Part shown: positions 58,423-64,000 of the stretch, piece by piece
Layout of the letters: each line of letters begins with the position of its first letter
Numbering within the stretch: position 1 is the stretch's first letter
Assembly: GCA_964057225.1 (NCBI GenBank)
Contig: OZ059894.1
Span: 24,056,001-24,120,000, forward strand
From: Auanema rhodensis
Lineage: Eukaryota > Animalia > Nematoda
Length of the DNA: 64,000 nucleotides
Reading direction: 5' to 3'
The notes under the pieces: model-generated
Databases searched by the model: none
The model's input: the letters and a program-made list of their open reading frames with translations, nothing else
Told to the model about the DNA's origin: nothing
Translations under genes and position numbers: made by a program

Positions 58423-61400
58423 CAAAGTCATGGTTACCATGAACCAATATCAATAAAAATTTGTTTTTAGACTAATATGGACATGGGGAATCTAATTTTG
58501 AAAACCGCATCTCTTTATCTTTCACGTGAAGCGAGTTACATACCAAGTGCACATCACGTGTACATTTAATTAGCATAAATTAAAGTTCACGTAAATTTCA
58601 AAGTCATGGTTACCATGCACCAATATCAATAAAAATTTGTTTTTAGACTAATATGGACATGGGGAATCTAATTTTGAAAACCGCATCTCTTTATCTTTCA
58701 CGTGAAGCGAGTTACATACCAAGTGCACATCACGTGTACATTTAATTAGCATAAATTAAAGTTCACGTAAATTTCAAAGTCATGGTTACCATGAACCAAT
58801 ATCAATAAAAATTTGTTTTTAGACTAATATGGACATGGGGAATCTAATTTTGAAAACCGCATCTCTTTATCTTTCACGTGAAGCGAGTTACATACCAAGT
58901 GCACATCACGTGTACATTTAATTAGCATAAATTAAAGTTCACGTAAATTTCAAAGTCATGGTTACCATGCACCACTATCAATAAAAATTTGTTTTTAGAC
59001 TAATATGGACATGGGAAATTTAATTTTGAAAACCGCATCTCTTTATCTTTCACGTGAAGCGAGTTACATACCAAGTGCACATCACGTGTACATTTAAATA
59101 GCATAAATTAAAGTTCACGTAAATTTCAAAGTCATGGTTACCATGCACCAATATCAATAAAAATTTGTTTTTAGACTAATATGGACATGGGGAATCTAAT
59201 TTTGAAAACCGCATCTCTTTATCTTTCACGTGAAGCGAGTTACATACCAAGTGCACATCACGTGTACATTTAATTAGCATAAATTAAAGTTCACGTAAAT
59301 TTCAAAGTCATGGTTACCATGCACCAATATCAATAAAAATTTGTTTTTAGACTAATATGGACATGGGGAATCTAATTTTGAAAACCGCATCTCTGTATCT
59401 TTCACGTGAAGCGAGTTACATACCAAGTGCACATCACGTGTACATTTAATTAGCATAAATTAAAGTTCACGTAAATTTCAAAGTCATGGTTACCATGAAC
59501 CAATATCAATAAAAATTTGTTTTTAGACTAATATGGACATGGGGAATCTAATTTTGAAAACCGCATCTCTTTATCTTTCACGTGAAGCGAGTTACATACC
59601 AAGTGCACATCACGTGTACATTTAATTAGCATAAATTAAAGTTCACGTAAATTTCAAAGTCATGGTTACCATGCACCAATATCAATAAAAATTTGTTTTT
59701 AGACTAATATGGACATGGGGAATCTAATTTTGAAAACCGCATCTCTTTATCTTTCACGTGAAGCGAGTTACATACCAAGTGCACAACACGTGTACATTTA
59801 ATTAGCATAAATTGAAGTTCACGTAAATTTCAAAGTCATGGTTACCATGAACCAATATCAATAAAAATTTGTTTTTAGACTAATATGGACATGGGGAATC
59901 TAATTTTGAAAACCGCATCTCTTTATCTTTCACGTGAAGCGAGTTACATACCAAGTGCACATCACGTGTACATTTAATTAGCATAAATTAAAGTTCACGT
60001 AAATTTCAAAGTCATGGTTACCATGCACCAATATCAATAAAAATTTGTTTTTAGACTAATATGGACATGGGGAATCTAATTTTGAAAACCGCATCTCTTT
60101 ATCTTTCACGTGAAGCGAGTTACATACCAAGTGCACATCACGTGTACATTTAATTAGCATAAATTAAAGTTCACGTAAATTTCAAAGTCATGGTTACCAT
60201 GAACCAATATCAATAAAAATTTGTTTTTAGACTAATATGGACATGGGGAATCTAATTTTGAAAACCGCATCTCTTTATCTTTCACGTGAAGCGAGTTACA
60301 TACCAAGTGCACATCACGTGTACATTTAATTAGCATAAATTAAAGTTCACGTAAATTTCAAAGTCATGGTTACCATGCACCAATATCAATAAAAATTTGT
60401 TTTTAGACTAATATGGACATGGGGAATCTAATTTTGAAAACCGCATCTCTTTATCTTTCACGTGAAGCGAGTTACATACCAAGTGCACATCACGTGTACA
60501 TTTAATTAGCATAAATTGAAGTTCACGTAAATTTCAAAGTCATGGTTACCATGAACCAATATCAATAAAAATTTGTTTTTAGACTAATATGGACATGGGG
60601 AATCTAATTTTGAAAACCGCATCTCTTTATCTTTCACGTGAAGCGAGTTACATACCAAGTGCACATCACGTGTACATTTAATTAGCATAAATTAAAGTTC
60701 ACGTAAATTTCAAAGTCATGGTTACCATGAACCAATATCAATAAAAATTTGTTTTTAGACTAATATGGACATGGGGAATCTAATTTTGAAAACCGCATCT
60801 CTTCATCTTTCACGTGAAGCGAGTTACATACCAAGTGCACATCACGTGTACATTTAATTAGCATAAATTAAAGTTCACGTAAATTTCAAAGTCATGGTTA
60901 CCATGAATCAATATCAATAAAAATTTGTTTTTAGACTAATATGGACATGGGGAATCTAATTTTGAAAAACGCATCTCTTTATCTTTCACGTGAAGCGAGT
61001 TACATACCAAGTGCACATCACGTGTACATTTAATTAACATAAATTAAAGTTCACGTAAATTCCAAAGTCATGGTTACCATGCACCAATATCAATAAAAAT
61101 TTGTTTTTAGACTAATATGGACATGGGAAATTTAATTTTGAAAACCGCATCTCTTTATCTTTCACGTGAAGCGAGTTACATACCAAGTGCACATCACGTG
61201 TACATTTAATTAGCATAAATTAAAGTTCACGTAAATTTCAAAGTCATGGTTACCATGCACCAATATCAATAAAAATTTGTTTTTAGACTAATATGGACAT
61301 GGGGAATCTAATTTTGAAAACCGCATCTCTTTATCTTTTACGTGAAGCGAGTTACATACCAAGGGCACATCACGTGTACATTTAATTAGCATAAATTAAA

Positions 61401-64000
61401 GTTCACGTAAATTTCAAAGTCATGGTTACCATGCACCAATATCAATAAAAATTTGTTTTTAGACTAATATGGACATGGGGAATCTAATTTTGAAAACCGC
61501 ATCTCTTTATCTTTCACGTGAAGCGAGTTACATACCAAGTGCACATCACGTGTACATTTAATTAGCATAAATTAAAGTTCACGTAAATTTCAAAGTCATG
61601 GTTACCATGAACCAATATCAATAAAAATTTGTTTTTAGACTAATATGGACATGGGGAATCTAATTTTGAAAACCGCATCTCTTTATCTTTCACGTGAAGC
61701 GAGTTACATACCAAGTGCACATCACGTGTACATTTAATTAGCATAAATTAAAGTTCACGTAAATTTCAAAGTCATGGTTACCATGCACCAATATCAATAA
61801 AAATTTGTTTTTAGACTAATATGGACATGGGGAATCTTATTTTGAAAACCGCATCTCTTTATCTTTCACGTGAAGCGAGTTACATACCAAGTGCACATCA
61901 CGTGTACATTTAATTAGCATAAATTAAAGTTCACGTAAATTTCAAAGTCATGGTTACCATGAACCAATATCAATAAAAATTTGTTTTTAGACTAATATGG
62001 ACATGGGGAATCTAATTTTGAAAACCGCATCTCTTTATCGTTCACGTGAAGCGAGTTACATACCAAGTGCACATCACGTGTACATTTAATTAGCATAAAT
62101 TAAAGTTCACGTAAATTTCAAAGTCATGGTTACCATGCACCAATATCAATAAAAATTTGTTTTTAGACTAATATGGACATGGGGAATCTAATTTTGGAAA
62201 CCGCATCTCTTTATCTTTCACGTGAAGCGAGTTACATACCAAGTGCACATCACGTGTACATTTAATTAGCATAAATTGAAGTTCACGTAAATTTCAAAGT
62301 CATGGTTACCATGAACCAATATCAATAAAAACTTGTTTTTAGACTAATATGGACATGGGGAATCTAATTTTGAAAACCGCATCTCTTTATCTTTCACGTG
62401 AAGCGAGTTACATACCAAGTGCACATCACGTGTACATTTAATTAGCATAAATTAAAGTTCACGTAAATTTCAAAGTCATGGTTACCATGAACCAATATCA
62501 ATAAAAATTTGTTTTTAGACTAATATGGACATGGGGAATCTAATTTTGAAAACCGCATCTCTTTATCTTTCACGTGAAGCGAGTTACATACCAAGTGCAC
62601 ATCACGTGTACATTTAATTAGCATAAATTAAAGTTCACGTAAATTTCAAAGTCATGGTTACCATGCACCAATATCAATAAAAATTTGTTTTTAGACTAAT
62701 ATGGACATGGGGAATCTAATTTTGAAAACCGCATCTCTTTATCTTTCACGTGAAGCGAGTTACATACCAAGTGCACATCACGTGTACATTTAATTAGCAT
62801 AAATTAAAGTTCACGTAAATTTCAAAGTCATGGTTACCATGAACCAATATCAATAAAAATTTGTTTTTAGACTAATATGGACATGGGGAATCTAATTTTG
62901 AAAACCGCATCTCTTTATCTTTCACGTGAAGCGAGTTACATACCAAGTGCACATCACGTGTACATTTAATTAGCATAAATTAAAGTTCACGTAAATTTCA
63001 AAGTCATGGTTACCATGCACCAATATCAATAAAAATTTGTTTTTAGACTAATATGGACATGGGGAATCTAATTTTGAAAACCGCATCTCTTTATCTTTCA
63101 CGTGAAGCGAGTTACATACCAAGTGCACATCACGTGTACATTTAATTAGCATAAATTAAAGTTCACGTAAATTTCAAAGTCATGGTTACCATGAACCAAT
63201 ATCAATAAAAATTTGTTTTTAGACTAATATGGACATGGGGAATCTAATTTTGAAAACCGCATCTCTTTATCGTTCACGTGAAGCGAGTTACATACCAAGT
63301 GCACATCACGTGTACATTTAATTAGCATAAATTAAAGTTCACGTAAATTTCAAAGTCATGGTTACCATGCACCAATATCAATAAAAATTTGTTTTTAGAC
63401 TAATATGGACATGGGGAATCTAATTTTGGAAACCGCATCTCTTTATCTTTCACGTGAAGCGAGTTACATACCAAGTGCACATCACGTTTACATTTAATTA
63501 GCATAAATTGAAGTTCACGTAAATTTCAAAGTCATGGTTACCATGAACCAATATCAATAAAAATTTATTTTTAGACTAATATGGACATGGGGAATCTAAT
63601 TTTGAAAACCGCATCTCTTTATCTTTCACGTGAAGCGAGTTACATACCAAGTGCACATCACGTGTACATTTAATTAGCATAAATTAAAGTTCACGTAAAT
63701 TTCAAAGTCATGGTTACCATGAACCAATATCAATAAAAATTTGTTTTTAGACTAATATGGACATGGGGAATCTAATTTTGAAAACCGCATCTCTTTATCT
63801 TTCACGTGAAGCGAGTTACATACCAAGTGCACATCACGTGTACATTTAATTAGCATAAATTAAAGTTCACGTAAATTTCAAAGTCATGGTTACCATGCAC
63901 CAATATCAATAAAAATTTGTTTTTAGACTAATATGGACATGGGGAATCTAATTTTGAAAACCGCATCTCTTTATCTTTCACGTGAAGCGAGTTACATACC
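58394..64000 (-). repeat. Same 176-bp satellite in inverted orientation (~32 monomers, continues past the window end)
   Basis: From 58394 the sequence reads TTAGCATAAATTGAAGTTCACGTAAATTTCAAAGTCATGGTTACCATG..., the reverse complement of the monomer. Phase recurs at 58441, 61081 and 63721 (2640-bp spacing). Confidence 0.99.

Larger units (their letters stand above)
53369..64000. repeat. Large inverted duplication (palindrome), arms at least 5 kb
   Basis: Rare SNPs pair across the junction with a constant coordinate sum of 117369 (53802/63567, 53881/63488, 53940/63429, 54097/63272, 55037/62332, 55531/61838, 56005/61364, 56307/61062, 56565/60804, 57555/59814). Nearer the centre the sum is 116841 (57743/59098, 57821/59020, 57866/58975). 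Confidence 0.95.

Noticed and set aside
1-64000. CRISPR array or other repeat-spacer system
   Set aside because: There are no unique spacers; the whole 176-bp unit repeats, and no cas or other genes are present.

Overview
The whole 64 kb window is one AT-rich (~32% GC) tandem satellite DNA array with a 176-bp monomer, of the kind typical of eukaryotic (peri)centromeric heterochromatin. I cannot identify the family or organism from the sequence alone. I found no credible genes, RNA genes, transposons or CRISPR arrays; the two 60-aa ORFs come from a single stop-loss SNP in the monomer. About 331 monomers run on the + strand (1-58396) with no net indel and few SNPs per monomer. Shared rare SNPs reveal nested multi-monomer duplications (offsets of 4, 5, 8, 9, 16, 18, 22, 29, 31, 45 and 240/241 monomers). 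The most striking structure is a strand switch at ~58.39 kb. The - strand arm is a variant-for-variant mirror copy of the DNA just upstream, forming a fold-back palindrome of at least 10.6 kb that runs off the window. Its junction has two microhomologies and a short hairpin, and the arms differ by a 3-monomer indel. I see no evidence for a new gene-encoded system; the interest lies in array mechanics.
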